DNA from: Acidimicrobiales bacterium
Lineage (GTDB): Bacteria; Actinomycetota; Acidimicrobiia; Acidimicrobiales; Bin134
DNA: 64,000 nucleotides
Assembly (NCBI GenBank): GCA_965116535.1
Contig: OZ220703.1
Span: forward strand, 1,807,353 to 1,871,352
Reading direction: 5' to 3'
Part shown: piece after piece, positions 20,065 to 29,611 of the stretch
Layout: the number at the start of each line of letters is the position of its first letter
Position numbering within the stretch: position 1 is the first letter of the stretch
The notes under the pieces: model-generated
The model's database searches: none
What the model was told of the DNA's origin: nothing
Seen by the model: only the letters and a program-made list of their open reading frames with translations
Program-made: the position numbers and the translations under genes

Positions 20065-20792
20065 ATCCAAACGAGGCGCCGCGTACGCGGATTCGGCTGC
20101 GGTACAGCAAAACCGGGCGCATTCGGTTTACCAGTCATCGGGATGTGGCCAGGATTTGGGAGCGGTCCCTGCGGCGAACCGGGCTGCCGGTGGCCCAAAC
20201 CGAGGGGTTCTCGCCTCGGGCCAAACTGCACTTCGGGCTGGCGTTGGCCACTGGCTACGAGTCGGATGCCGAGTATCTGGATGTCGACTTCAAGCGCGCC
20301 GATGTCGAGGTTGAAGACGTGAGAAAAGCCCTGGTCAACGTGTTGCCTGACGGAATCACCGCAACCGGCGCCGCGGTGCTGATGCCCGGCGCGATGTCGT
20401 TGCAACAGGCGGTCACCAGCTGTGACTGGGACATAGAGCTGGTGGACGTGACCGCCGACGATCTCGCACGATGGGTGGATCAGGTGTGCGGGGCGACTAC
20501 GCTTATGGTTACGCGAGAACGCAAAGGCCGACAGATCACCGACGATATGGCCCCTCAGGTGCGTGCCCTGGAGGTCGGTGAACCGACGAGTCGGGGGGTT
20601 CGCCTCCTGGCCACTTTGGGCACCCAACCGCGGGCAGCACGCCCGTCGGAATTGTTGGCCGCAATCGAACCCTTGTACCGCCCGGTACTTGTTCGGCGCA
20701 CTCGTCAATGGATTGAGCAGGATGGCGCCCGCTTGGAGCCACTTGAGGTCGGCGCAGCCCCTGCTCAGCACACCACGGTTGGTGTGCAATGA
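20061..20792 (+). CDS. TIGR03936-family radical SAM-linked protein (DUF2344)
   Basis: RYSKTGRIRFTSHRD...GFSPRAKLHFGLAL..ESDAEY. Confidence 0.88.
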   Translation: MNPNEAPRTRIRLRYSKTGRIRFTSHRDVARIWERSLRRTGLPVAQTEGFSPRAKLHFGLALATGYESDAEYLDVDFKRADVEVEDVRKALVNVLPDGITATGAAVLMPGAMSLQQAVTSCDWDIELVDVTADDLARWVDQVCGATTLMVTRERKGRQITDDMAPQVRALEVGEPTSRGVRLLATLGTQPRAARPSELLAAIEPLYRPVLVRRTRQWIEQDGARLEPLEVGAAPAQHTTVGVQ

Positions 20793-20807
20793 GAAAGGAC
20801 TACACCA

Positions 20808-22514
20808 ATGAGCGATTCGAAAGAACGGACTGCCAAGCGGTCCGCTGGCGGAACTAGGCAGGCAGACTCCTCCAAACGGTCCGACGGCGACGGCAGTCCC
20901 AAGATTGGGGATTCCCGCCCCGCGCCCAGCGGCAACCGGCCCAAGATTGGGGATTCCCGCCCCGCGCCCGGCGGCAACCGGCCCAAAGTAGGGGATTCCC
21001 GCCCCGCGCCCGGCGGCAATGGATCGTCTGGCGGAGGGGGCTCAGGTTCGGGGGCCCCAAATTCTGGGGGCTCAGCATCGGGTACGGGTCGCAAGCGCCG
21101 CCGCCGTCGCGGCGGTCGGGGCCGAGGTGGTGGCAATCGCCCGGTCCAACCGGTGGAGCACCGGGTGTCCGACGGTCCAGTAGAGCTGGATGAGAAGACC
21201 CTGGAGCGCCGCCGGGGCAAACGCCGCAAGGGCCGACCGGTCGGCCGATACATGATGCTTGTCCAAGTCCGCCCCGAAGCCACTCAGATCGCAGTGGTGG
21301 AGGGCCGGGCGTTGATCGAGCACTACGTGTCCCGTCCGGCCGATGACGTCGGGGAGATTCACGGCAACATCTATCTTGGCCGGGTTCAAAACGTGCTGCC
21401 CGGCATGGAGGCAGCCTTCGTGGACATCGGCACTCCTAAGAATGCGGTGCTGTACCGGGGCGATGTGGTGTTCGACCCCGACGACGTGGAGACCTCCGAT
21501 GGCTCGCCCCGCATCGAGAACCTGTTGGAGGCCCGCCAGACCATCATGTGCCAGGTCACCAAGAACCCCATCGCCCACAAGGGTGCCCGGCTGACCCAAG
21601 AGGTGTCTCTGCCGGGCCGGTTTGTGGTGCTGGTGCCCAACTCGAAGACCTACGGCATCTCCAAACGGCTTCCCGACAAGGAGCGCAAGCGCCTGCGAAA
21701 AGTGCTCGACCGGTGCAAGCCCGAAGAGCACGGCATCATCGTGCGCACCGCGGCCGAGAAGATCACCGCCGAGGAACTAGAGCGCGATGTGAAGCGGCTG
21801 GTCTCGCAGTGGGAGGAGATCGAGGCCCTGTCCAAGAAGGCGAAGGTGCCCGGACTGCTCTACCGGGAGCCCGAGATGGCGGTTCGTGTCATCCGCGAGG
21901 AATTCAACCAGGACTTCCGGTCGGTCCACATCGATGATCGCCGCTTGTACGACGGGGTGCACGACTACGTGTCCAGCGTGGCTCCCGAGCTGGTGGAGAG
22001 ACTCGAGTACTACGACGCCGAGAACGAACATCTCAGCCTGCTGGAGCGCCATCACATACACGAGCAGTTCGTCAAGGCCCTGGACAAGAAGGTGTGGCTA
22101 CCCGGCGGCGGATCGCTCATCATCGAGAGCACCGAGGCGCTCACGGTCATCGATGTGAACACCGGCAAGAACGTTGGGGACTCAAGCCTGGAGGAGACCG
22201 TATTCCGCAACAACTTGGAGGCGGCTCAAGAGATCCCCCGGCAGCTCCGGCTGCGCGACATAGGCGGGATCATCGTGATCGACTTTGTGGACATGGAGAA
22301 GCGGGGCAACCGCGATGAGGTCATGAAGGTCTTCCGAGAATCGCTGGCCTGGGACAAGACCCGCACCCAGGTGTTGGATATCTCGGATCTGGGTCTGGTG
22401 GAGATGACCCGCAAGCGCATCGGCGAGGGATTGCTGGAGTCGTGTTCGACTACTTGCCCTACCTGCGAGGGACGGGGGCTGGAGCTCGACCCTCGGCTCA
22501 TCGCCAAGAAATAG
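20808..22514 (+). CDS. rne: ribonuclease E/G
   Basis: GNIYLGRVQNVLPGMEAAFVDIG, IDVNTG, RLRDIGGIIVIDF, CPTCEGRG. Confidence 0.93.
   Translation: MSDSKERTAKRSAGGTRQADSSKRSDGDGSPKIGDSRPAPSGNRPKIGDSRPAPGGNRPKVGDSRPAPGGNGSSGGGGSGSGAPNSGGSASGTGRKRRRRRGGRGRGGGNRPVQPVEHRVSDGPVELDEKTLERRRGKRRKGRPVGRYMMLVQVRPEATQIAVVEGRALIEHYVSRPADDVGEIHGNIYLGRVQNVLPGMEAAFVDIGTPKNAVLYRGDVVFDPDDVETSDGSPRIENLLEARQTIMCQVTKNPIAHKGARLTQEVSLPGRFVVLVPNSKTYGISKRLPDKERKRLRKVLDRCKPEEHGIIVRTAAEKITAEELERDVKRLVSQWEEIEALSKKAKVPGLLYREPEMAVRVIREEFNQDFRSVHIDDRRLYDGVHDYVSSVAPELVERLEYYDAENEHLSLLERHHIHEQFVKALDKKVWLPGGGSLIIESTEALTVIDVNTGKNVGDSSLEETVFRNNLEAAQEIPRQLRLRDIGGIIVIDFVDMEKRGNRDEVMKVFRESLAWDKTRTQVLDISDLGLVEMTRKRIGEGLLESCSTTCPTCEGRGLELDPRLIAKK
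20898..21019. repeat. 42-bp tandem repeat x3 in the rne N-terminal disordered region
   Basis: units start at 20898, 20940 and 20982; encode PK(I/V)GDSRPAP(S/G)GN. Confidence 0.9.
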
Positions 22515-22627
22515 CCGCCACCGGCCGATTCCGGCGATGAGGCGATAACGGTTGGGGTTGGGACCCGGCGATTCGTCTAGGATTGTCCTTCGGACCTGCC
22601 GGCAAATAGTGAGCGAGGCGCAAGCAG

Positions 22628-22933
22628 GTGTATGCCGTCATCCGCACAGGCGGAAAGCAATACAAGGTTGAAGAGGGTCAGATGCTCGATGTGGAGCTGC
22701 TGGGAGAGCCCGGCGCGGAAGTCGAGCTGACCCCGGTTCTGCTGGTGGACGGCGACTCGGTATCTGCCACCCCCGACCAGCTCGGCAAGGCCAAGGTCAC
22801 TGCCACGGTGGTGGACTCGGTCAAAGACGCCAAGATCAACGGTTTCACCTACAAGAACAAGAGCAACCAGCGCCGGCGGTGGGGCCATCGCCAGCAGAAA
22901 TCCCGCATTCGGATCACGGCGATCAAGGCCTAG
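22628..22933 (+). CDS. rplU: 50S ribosomal protein L21
   Basis: MYAVIRTGGKQYKV...GHRQ. Confidence 0.97.
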   Translation: MYAVIRTGGKQYKVEEGQMLDVELLGEPGAEVELTPVLLVDGDSVSATPDQLGKAKVTATVVDSVKDAKINGFTYKNKSNQRRRWGHRQQKSRIRITAIKA

Positions 22934-22957
22934 CCCGAGCGCTGAAGGGAGCAAGAG

Positions 22958-23209
22958 ATGTCCAAGACCAAAGGCGGCGGCTCAACTCGAAATGGCCGCG
23001 ACTCCAATCCCCAGTACCTTGGCGTCAAGGTGTTCGACGGCACCCAGGTGACCGCGGGATCCATCATTGTCCGCCAGCGGGGAACCCGCATCCATCCCGG
23101 TGAGAACGTCAGGCGCGGCCGCGACGACACTCTGTTCGCCACCGCCGACGGCCGGGTCAAGTTCGGCCACCGGCGCCGCCGCAAGCTCGTCGACGTCATC
23201 TCCGACTGA
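22958..23209 (+). CDS. rpmA: 50S ribosomal protein L27
   Basis: [32 protein letters not shown]. Confidence 0.97.
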   Translation: MSKTKGGGSTRNGRDSNPQYLGVKVFDGTQVTAGSIIVRQRGTRIHPGENVRRGRDDTLFATADGRVKFGHRRRRKLVDVISD

Positions 23210-23231
23210 CTGGCTAGCTAGCTGGGATGCG

Positions 23232-24524
23232 ATGTCCCAGTTCGTAGACGAGTGCGGCCTGAATGTGCGAGGCGGTGACGGCGGCGCCGGATGTGTTGCC
23301 TTTCGCCGTGAAGCCCATGTGTCCAAAGGCGGTCCCGACGGCGGCGACGGCGGCAGCGGCGGCAGCGTCTGGCTGGTGGCCGACCACAATGTGGCTTCGC
23401 TGATCGCGTTCAAAGACCACCCACATCGCCGGGCGGACAACGGCAGCCACGGCCAGGGAAAGCGCCGCCACGGAGCGACCGGTGACGACGCTTTGGTCCG
23501 GGTTCCGGTAGGAACCTCGGTGAAAGACCAGAGCGGGGAGTTGCTCGCTGACCTTGCGGCCGACGGGGTTCGCTGGCTTGCCGCCGCCGGCGGTCAAGGA
23601 GGACACGGCAACGCCCGATTCTCCACCCAAAAGAACCGGGCGCCGGCGTTTGCCGAACAGGGCGAGACAGGGGAGCAGCGCTGGCTGAGGCTGGAATTGA
23701 AGCTGCTGGCCGATGTGGCGTTGGTCGGCTTTCCCAACGCGGGAAAGAGCACGCTGATATCCCGAATTTCCGCAGCCCGTCCCAAAATCGCCGACTACCC
23801 GTTTACCACCCTCGAGCCCAACCTGGGGGTGGTCCGCACTGACGACGACTTCGAGATGGTGGTGGCCGACATCCCCGGCCTCATCGCTGGGGCCAGCGAG
23901 GGCCGCGGCCTCGGCCACCGTTTCCTGCGCCACACCGAGCGGGCCCGGGCTTTGGTCGTCATGGTCGATTTGGCCTCAGTGGAGGAGATCAGTCCTGCCG
24001 AACAGCAGCGGGTGCTGTTGAAGGAGCTGGGCGCCTACCGTCCGGAGCTGTTGGATCGGCCCCGGATCTTGGTGGCGTCCAGGGCCGATGTCGGCCATTT
24101 GGAGCCGCCGCCGGGAGCGTTGTGCGTGTCCGGTGTGACCGGCTCGGGGTTGCCTGAGCTGATCAGGGGTATGGCCGACGCCGTTCGGGCCGCCCGATCC
24201 CAGGAGGATCGTGGGCGTAGTGCCGGGACCTCTGGCGATGTGGTGGTCCACCGGCCTGCTGCCGAGGGATTCAAGGTGGAGCGAGCCGATGACGGCGCCT
24301 ACGTCGTGGTTGGCCGAGCGGCTGAGCGCACAGTGGCGTTATCGGATCTGAACGCTCCCGGCGCGTGGGACTTCGCCCGCCGCCGTCTGGAGAGGCTGGG
24401 CGTGGACCGGGCACTGGTCCGGGCTGGGATCAAGACGGGCGACACCGCCCGGATCGGCGACTTCGAGTTCGAGTACCACGATGACGACGAATACCTCTAT
24501 GAGGAAGGAGAGGTGTCGTCGTGA
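23232..24524 (+). CDS. obgE: GTPase ObgE/CgtA
   Basis: MSQFVDE, GGPDGGDGG, GFPNAGKST, YPFTTL, DIPG. Confidence 0.95.
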   Translation: MSQFVDECGLNVRGGDGGAGCVAFRREAHVSKGGPDGGDGGSGGSVWLVADHNVASLIAFKDHPHRRADNGSHGQGKRRHGATGDDALVRVPVGTSVKDQSGELLADLAADGVRWLAAAGGQGGHGNARFSTQKNRAPAFAEQGETGEQRWLRLELKLLADVALVGFPNAGKSTLISRISAARPKIADYPFTTLEPNLGVVRTDDDFEMVVADIPGLIAGASEGRGLGHRFLRHTERARALVVMVDLASVEEISPAEQQRVLLKELGAYRPELLDRPRILVASRADVGHLEPPPGALCVSGVTGSGLPELIRGMADAVRAARSQEDRGRSAGTSGDVVVHRPAAEGFKVERADDGAYVVVGRAAERTVALSDLNAPGAWDFARRRLERLGVDRALVRAGIKTGDTARIGDFEFEYHDDDEYLYEEGEVSS

Positions 24525-25618
24525 TCGTGGTGGTGAAGATCGGCACATCGTCGATTACCGAGGCCGATGGCACCATCAGAACCGAGGCGGTGGCCAAGTT
24601 GAGCAGCGAAGTGGCCGCGGCGGTGGCCGACGGCCACCAGGCGGTGGTGGTCAGCTCCGGGGCGATCGGCGCGGGGCTGCCGGTGCTCGGTTTCGAGCAG
24701 GGCCGCCCCCGAGACTCGGTTACCCTCCAGGCGCTCTCCGCGGTGGGCCAGAGCCGGCTGATGGCCCTATACCAGGAGTTCTTGGACGGCTACGGGCTGA
24801 TCTGTGGCCAGGTGCTGCTAGCCCCTCGAGATTTTCTGGAGCGCACCCAGTATCTGCATGCCCAACGCACCCTCAGCCGACTGCTGAAACTGGGCGTTGT
24901 CCCCATCGTGAACGAGAACGACGCGGTGGCCGACGACGCCATTCGCTGGGGGGACAACGACCGCATTTCGGCCCTGGTAGCCCACATGGTGGGTGCCGAG
25001 CTGCTGGTGCTGTTGACCGACACCGAAGGGGTCCACACCGCTGATCCCCGTTCCGATGCTGAAGCCCGGATTGTGGAGGAAATCACTGATCTGAGCTTGC
25101 TAGATGAATTGGCCGCGGCTGCGGGCGGAGCGGGCACCGACCGGGGCAGCGGTGGAATGGCTTCGAAGCTGGCCGCCGCCCGGATAGCCAGCTGGTCGGG
25201 GGTGCGAACCGTGATTGCCGCCGCCCATCGCCAAGGCGTGGTCGCTGATGCCCTGGGCCATGTGCCCGGTGTGGGGACCACGGTGGCCGACCAGCCCCAG
25301 CGGTTGAGCGCCCGCAAGCTGTGGATCGGGTTCGCCATGGTCCCCACCGGCACGGTGTGGGTGGACGCCGGTGCCCGTAGGGCAATGGTGGAGCGGGGTG
25401 CCTCGCTTTTGGCCATCGGCATCACCGGATTCGAAGGGGCCTTCCAGCCGGGTGACGCGGTGGACGTTCGGGGTCCCGACGATCAGGTATTTGCCCGAGG
25501 CCTGGTGGAGCTCTCCTCAGAGGACATGGACTCGGTGGTGGGCTTGCGCTCCGATGCCATGCCTCCCGGTGCTCCCGACGAGGTCATCCACCGCGATTCT
25601 TTGACCGTGCTGCCCTAG
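24521..25618 (+). CDS. proB: glutamate 5-kinase
   Basis: VVKIGTSS, VNENDAV, GDND, GGMASK, PUA domain. Confidence 0.95.
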   Translation: MIVVVKIGTSSITEADGTIRTEAVAKLSSEVAAAVADGHQAVVVSSGAIGAGLPVLGFEQGRPRDSVTLQALSAVGQSRLMALYQEFLDGYGLICGQVLLAPRDFLERTQYLHAQRTLSRLLKLGVVPIVNENDAVADDAIRWGDNDRISALVAHMVGAELLVLLTDTEGVHTADPRSDAEARIVEEITDLSLLDELAAAAGGAGTDRGSGGMASKLAAARIASWSGVRTVIAAAHRQGVVADALGHVPGVGTTVADQPQRLSARKLWIGFAMVPTGTVWVDAGARRAMVERGASLLAIGITGFEGAFQPGDAVDVRGPDDQVFARGLVELSSEDMDSVVGLRSDAMPPGAPDEVIHRDSLTVLP

Positions 25619-27302
25619 CGATCCGGGCCGCGGCGTGCTCCATTAGCGTGGCAGCCTCCTCAGCCGCGGCCACCCCCGAGCCCCGGCCCAAAACCACATA
25701 GACCCCACCGGTCACCAGCAGCGCGAGCGGTGCAGCCACCAGCAGCGGCAGCGGCTCAAGACTCCAGGCCAGCACTGCGCCCAGCGCCGCCGCCGAAAGA
25801 GCAGCAATAGCCAGGCGTCCCACCGGCCCCTTCACTGGCTGGCGGCGACCAAGCAGGAGCCGAACCCGATGGCGCAAGATGCCGTACTCGGCCCAGGCGG
25901 CCACTGTGCTGCCCAGGGCCAGCCCGACCGCCCCCAACCGCACCGCTTCGTCGGCCCGTTCTGCGTCTGACAGCAGCGACAACACTTGGAAGTCCCCCAA
26001 CCGCTCCACGCTGCCGTTGACCACCGCGTACGAGTCGAAGCTGAACATGAGCACCACCCCCACACCCGCGGCCAGCACCACCCGCACCACCGCCACCCGG
26101 GCCGGCCCCTTGGCATCGCCCGCGGCAAAACAGGCGTTTTGAAGCAGCCGAGACGACGCCGAGGCCACTAGCCCCATGCTGTAAGCCGCCAAGATCCACC
26201 ACACCTGCACGGTCTGGTCGCCGCTGAACTGCCCCCGCTCCAACAGCGCCCCCACAATCAACCCGCCCAGGGTGATGAACGCCACCGCCGAGAACAGCAC
26301 GTAGAACCCGATGCGGTCCAGACCGGTTTGCAGACGCCGGACTAGCGCCTCGGGGTCGCCCTGCTCTCGGGCCATCTCCGGCAGGTCGCTGGCCGCCACG
26401 CTCATGGCGAACAGGCTTATGGGCAAAAAGTAGATCACCTGGGCGAACCCCAATGCGGCAATCGCCCCTCCGGCCAGCAAACCGGCCAGGATCAAGTCCA
26501 CATAAGCCGACACCTGCACCACGCCCCGACCCACCAGCGCGGGCCCGAACCGGTTGAGCACGGTGCGGACGTCGGGGCGCCGCCAGTTCAAGCTGAGCCG
26601 CAGCGACGGCACAAGCCGCAGCACCAGCGGAACCTGTACCAAGAACTGGAGAGCCCCGCCCAGCACCACTCCCCAGGCCGCCATTTTGGCCACGTCGGAA
26701 GCCCGGGTGGCGGGGTCCACGTTGTGCCACACCAGCCAAGCCCCCACCATGAACGCCACTTGGGCGGCGTTCCATATCACCGGCGCGGCATAGGACAGGA
26801 AAAACCGGCGATGAGCGTTGAGCACGCCCAAAGCCCACGCAGCCAGCACGATGAATCCGATGCCGGCAAACATCACCCGCACCAGTTCGACGGTCAGATC
26901 AGCGGTGTCGTCGGACAGCCGCCACAGCAGCAGCGACACCACCGGTTCGGCTAGCAGCCAGCCGGCTAACACCAACAGCCCGGTTACCACCGACAAGAGC
27001 CCGAATACCGCTCCAGCCAGCCGACCGGCATCCTTGCGCCGACCCTTTTCGACCAACTGCGAGTAGATGGGGATGAACGAGGCCGACAGCACCCCCTCGC
27101 CCAGCAGGTTCTGGAGCAGACGGGGGATGGTGAGAGCAGCCCGGTAGGCGTCGCCAATGCGGCCCGCGCCGATGAACGCGGCCACGGCCACCTCCCGGCC
27201 GATGCCTGAGACGCGGGACAGGAAAATCCCCGTCCCCACGAGGATCGCTCCCTTGCCACTGGGGCGCGGGGCGTCGTCGGCGCCGTCGAGTCGTTCTTCA
27301 AC
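25584..27302 (-). CDS. murJ: lipid II flippase MurJ (start codon uncertain)
   Basis: IFLSRVSG..RE, NLLGEGVLSASFIP, LNAHRRFF, FLVQVP; about 14 TM; 3' end overlaps proB by 35 nt. Confidence 0.88.
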   Translation of the reverse strand, partial: VEERLDGADDAPRPSGKGAILVGTGIFLSRVSGIGREVAVAAFIGAGRIGDAYRAALTIPRLLQNLLGEGVLSASFIPIYSQLVEKGRRKDAGRLAGAVFGLLSVVTGLLVLAGWLLAEPVVSLLLWRLSDDTADLTVELVRVMFAGIGFIVLAAWALGVLNAHRRFFLSYAAPVIWNAAQVAFMVGAWLVWHNVDPATRASDVAKMAAWGVVLGGALQFLVQVPLVLRLVPSLRLSLNWRRPDVRTVLNRFGPALVGRGVVQVSAYVDLILAGLLAGGAIAALGFAQVIYFLPISLFAMSVAASDLPEMAREQGDPEALVRRLQTGLDRIGFYVLFSAVAFITLGGLIVGALLERGQFSGDQTVQVWWILAAYSMGLVASASSRLLQNACFAAGDAKGPARVAVVRVVLAAGVGVVLMFSFDSYAVVNGSVERLGDFQVLSLLSDAERADEAVRLGAVGLALGSTVAAWAEYGILRHRVRLLLGRRQPVKGPVGRLAIAALSAAALGAVLAWSLEPLPLLVAAPLALLVTGGVYVVLGRGSGVAAAEEAATLMEHAAARIARAARSKNRGG

Positions 27303-27360
27303 CGGTGGAATGCCAAAACACGCTACCGGAGCAGGCCCAGTGGTCGGGTACGCTCGCGCG

Positions 27361-28617
27361 GTGAGCGCTGACACACCCATGGCCGAGCTAGCCGACCGGG
27401 CCAAGGCCGCGGCCCGGGTTTTGGCCACCGCCGACACCGAGACCAAGAACCATGCGCTGCTAGTGGCCGCCGACCAGCTGGAGCAGGCCCGAGATGATTT
27501 GCTGGAGGCCAATCGGGCCGATGTGGAGGCGGCCACCGCGTCGGGTATGAGCGCCACGCTGGTGGACCGCCTCCGGCTGACCGACTCCCGACTGGAGGGC
27601 ATGGCTGGTGGATTGCGCAAGGTGGCCGGCTTGACCGATCCGGTGGGGGAGATCGTCGGGGGCTGGGTGGTTCCTTCCGGCCTGCGAATCAGCCAAGTGC
27701 GGGTGCCGCTTGGCGTTGTGGCCATCGTGTACGAGAGCCGCCCCAACGTGACCAGCGACGCCGCAGGGTTGTGCCTCAAGTCGGGCAACGCTGCTTTTTT
27801 GCGGGGGTCGTCCAGCGCCCTAGGCTCCAATCTGGCCATCGCCGGAGTGATGCGGGATGCGTATGAGAAGGCCGGGTTGCCCAGTGATTCTCTAGTGCTA
27901 GTTAGCGACACCAGCCACTCCGCGGCCGCCGAGTTCATGCAGTTGCGTGACAGCATCGATTGCCTCATCCCCCGGGGCGGTCCCGGGCTAATCGCCTCCA
28001 TCTTGGAGAACGCCACCGTGCCCTACGTGATCGACGGCGACGGGAACTGCCACGTGTACGTTGACGCCTCAGCCGACTTGGACATGGCCCGGCGCATAGT
28101 TGTGAACGCCAAGACCCAGCGCCCCTCGGTCTGCAATGCGGCCGAGTCGCTGGTGGTGCACCGGTCGGTGGCCGATGAGCTGCTGCCCCCGCTGGCCGAC
28201 GATCTGGCCGATGTGGAGCTGGTGGGCGACGAGGCGGCCCGGGCAATCTTGGGACCGGATCGCATCGGCGAGGCCACTGAGGCCGACTACTTCACCGAAT
28301 TCTTGGATCTCAAGCTGTCGGTGAAGGTGGTAGACGGCCTGGATGAGGCCATCGCCCATGTGAACGAAACCGGCAGCGGCCACAGCGAGGCCATCATCAC
28401 TGCCGACTTGGAGGCCGCCGACCGTTTCTGCACTGAGGTGGACGCTGCTGCCGTGCTTGTCAACGCCTCCACCCGCTTTGTGGACGGCGAGGAGTTCGGC
28501 TTCGGCGCTGAGATCGGCATCAGCACCCAGAAACTGCACGCCAGGGGTCCCATGGGCCTGCGCCAGCTCACCACCACCAAGTACGTGGTGCGGGGCGAGG
28601 GCCAGATACGCGGCTAG
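27361..28617 (+). CDS. proA: gamma-glutamyl phosphate reductase
   Basis: PLGVVAIVYESRPNV, KTQRPSVCNA, NASTRF, GAEIGISTQKLHARGPMG; TACGCT 6 nt before GTG. Confidence 0.96.
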   Translation: MSADTPMAELADRAKAAARVLATADTETKNHALLVAADQLEQARDDLLEANRADVEAATASGMSATLVDRLRLTDSRLEGMAGGLRKVAGLTDPVGEIVGGWVVPSGLRISQVRVPLGVVAIVYESRPNVTSDAAGLCLKSGNAAFLRGSSSALGSNLAIAGVMRDAYEKAGLPSDSLVLVSDTSHSAAAEFMQLRDSIDCLIPRGGPGLIASILENATVPYVIDGDGNCHVYVDASADLDMARRIVVNAKTQRPSVCNAAESLVVHRSVADELLPPLADDLADVELVGDEAARAILGPDRIGEATEADYFTEFLDLKLSVKVVDGLDEAIAHVNETGSGHSEAIITADLEAADRFCTEVDAAAVLVNASTRFVDGEEFGFGAEIGISTQKLHARGPMGLRQLTTTKYVVRGEGQIRG

Positions 28618-28675
28618 CTGTCCGCTGAGAAGCCGTGATTTCGGGGCTCGAACAGGCTGGGCGTAGCCTTCAACC

Positions 28676-29590
28676 ATGAGCTTCTCCTTTGCCGACGTCG
28701 ACTCGGTGCGCACGGGCCTGAGCGGTGTGCAGTATCTGGCCGATGAGGGCATCGCCGGAGTGGTCTATCTGGCCGAGCGGCTTCAAAAGCCGGTGCTGGT
28801 AGAGGGTCCGGCGGGCACTGGCAAAACCCAGTTGGCCAAGAGCGTGGCCGAGGCCACCGGAGCCCGTCTTATCCGCCTCCAGTGCTACGAGGGCCTCGAC
28901 GAGTCCAAGGCGCTGTACGAGTGGAACTACAAGAAGCAGCTCTTGCGCATTCAAGCCGAGCGCCAGGGAGAAGACCCCGAGGGCGATGGCATGTGGCAGC
29001 AGATCGAGGACGACCTGTTCTCCGAGGAGTTTCTCCTCACCCGACCGCTGCTGGAGGCCATCCGCGCCTCCGAGCCGGTGGTTCTGCTCATCGACGAGGT
29101 CGACCGGGTGGAGATCGAGACCGAGGCGCTGCTGCTGGAGATTCTGTCCGACTACCAGGTGTCCATCCCCGAGTTGGGCACGGTGGCCGCCAGCCAGATC
29201 CCGCTGGTGTTCCTCACCTCCAATAACACCCGGGAGCTGTCGGAGGCCCTCAAGCGGCGGTGCCTGTTCTTGCACATCGACTATCCCGATCTCGACCGGG
29301 AGAAGGAGATCGTGCTGGCCAAGGTGCCCGGCGTGGGAGAGAGCCTGGCCGACCAGGTGGCCCGCATAGTGCGCTCGGTTCGCCAGATCGAGCTGAAGAA
29401 GGCCCCGTCGGTGTCGGAGACTTTGGACTGGGCCCGCACCCTGGTGTTGCTTGGAGTGGAGCACATCGATGCCGACACCGCGGCTGAGACGGTGAACATC
29501 CTGCTCAAGTACCGCAGCGATATCGAGAAGGCGCTCAAGGAGTTCGCCTCCTCCGACGAGGAATTTGCTGTCCCGGCCACAACTCCTTAG
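28676..29590 (+). CDS. MoxR/CoxD-type AAA+ ATPase
   Basis: EGPAGTGKT, RLQCYEG, YEWNY, LIDEVD, ALKRRC. Confidence 0.92.
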   Translation: MSFSFADVDSVRTGLSGVQYLADEGIAGVVYLAERLQKPVLVEGPAGTGKTQLAKSVAEATGARLIRLQCYEGLDESKALYEWNYKKQLLRIQAERQGEDPEGDGMWQQIEDDLFSEEFLLTRPLLEAIRASEPVVLLIDEVDRVEIETEALLLEILSDYQVSIPELGTVAASQIPLVFLTSNNTRELSEALKRRCLFLHIDYPDLDREKEIVLAKVPGVGESLADQVARIVRSVRQIELKKAPSVSETLDWARTLVLLGVEHIDADTAAETVNILLKYRSDIEKALKEFASSDEEFAVPATTP

Positions 29591-29611
29591 TAGTGCTGCG
29601 CTGAGGCTGCC

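Noticed and set aside
23222-23241. Hairpin CTGGGA..TCCCAG over the obgE start
   Set aside because: A 6-7 bp stem is expected by chance in GC-rich DNA.
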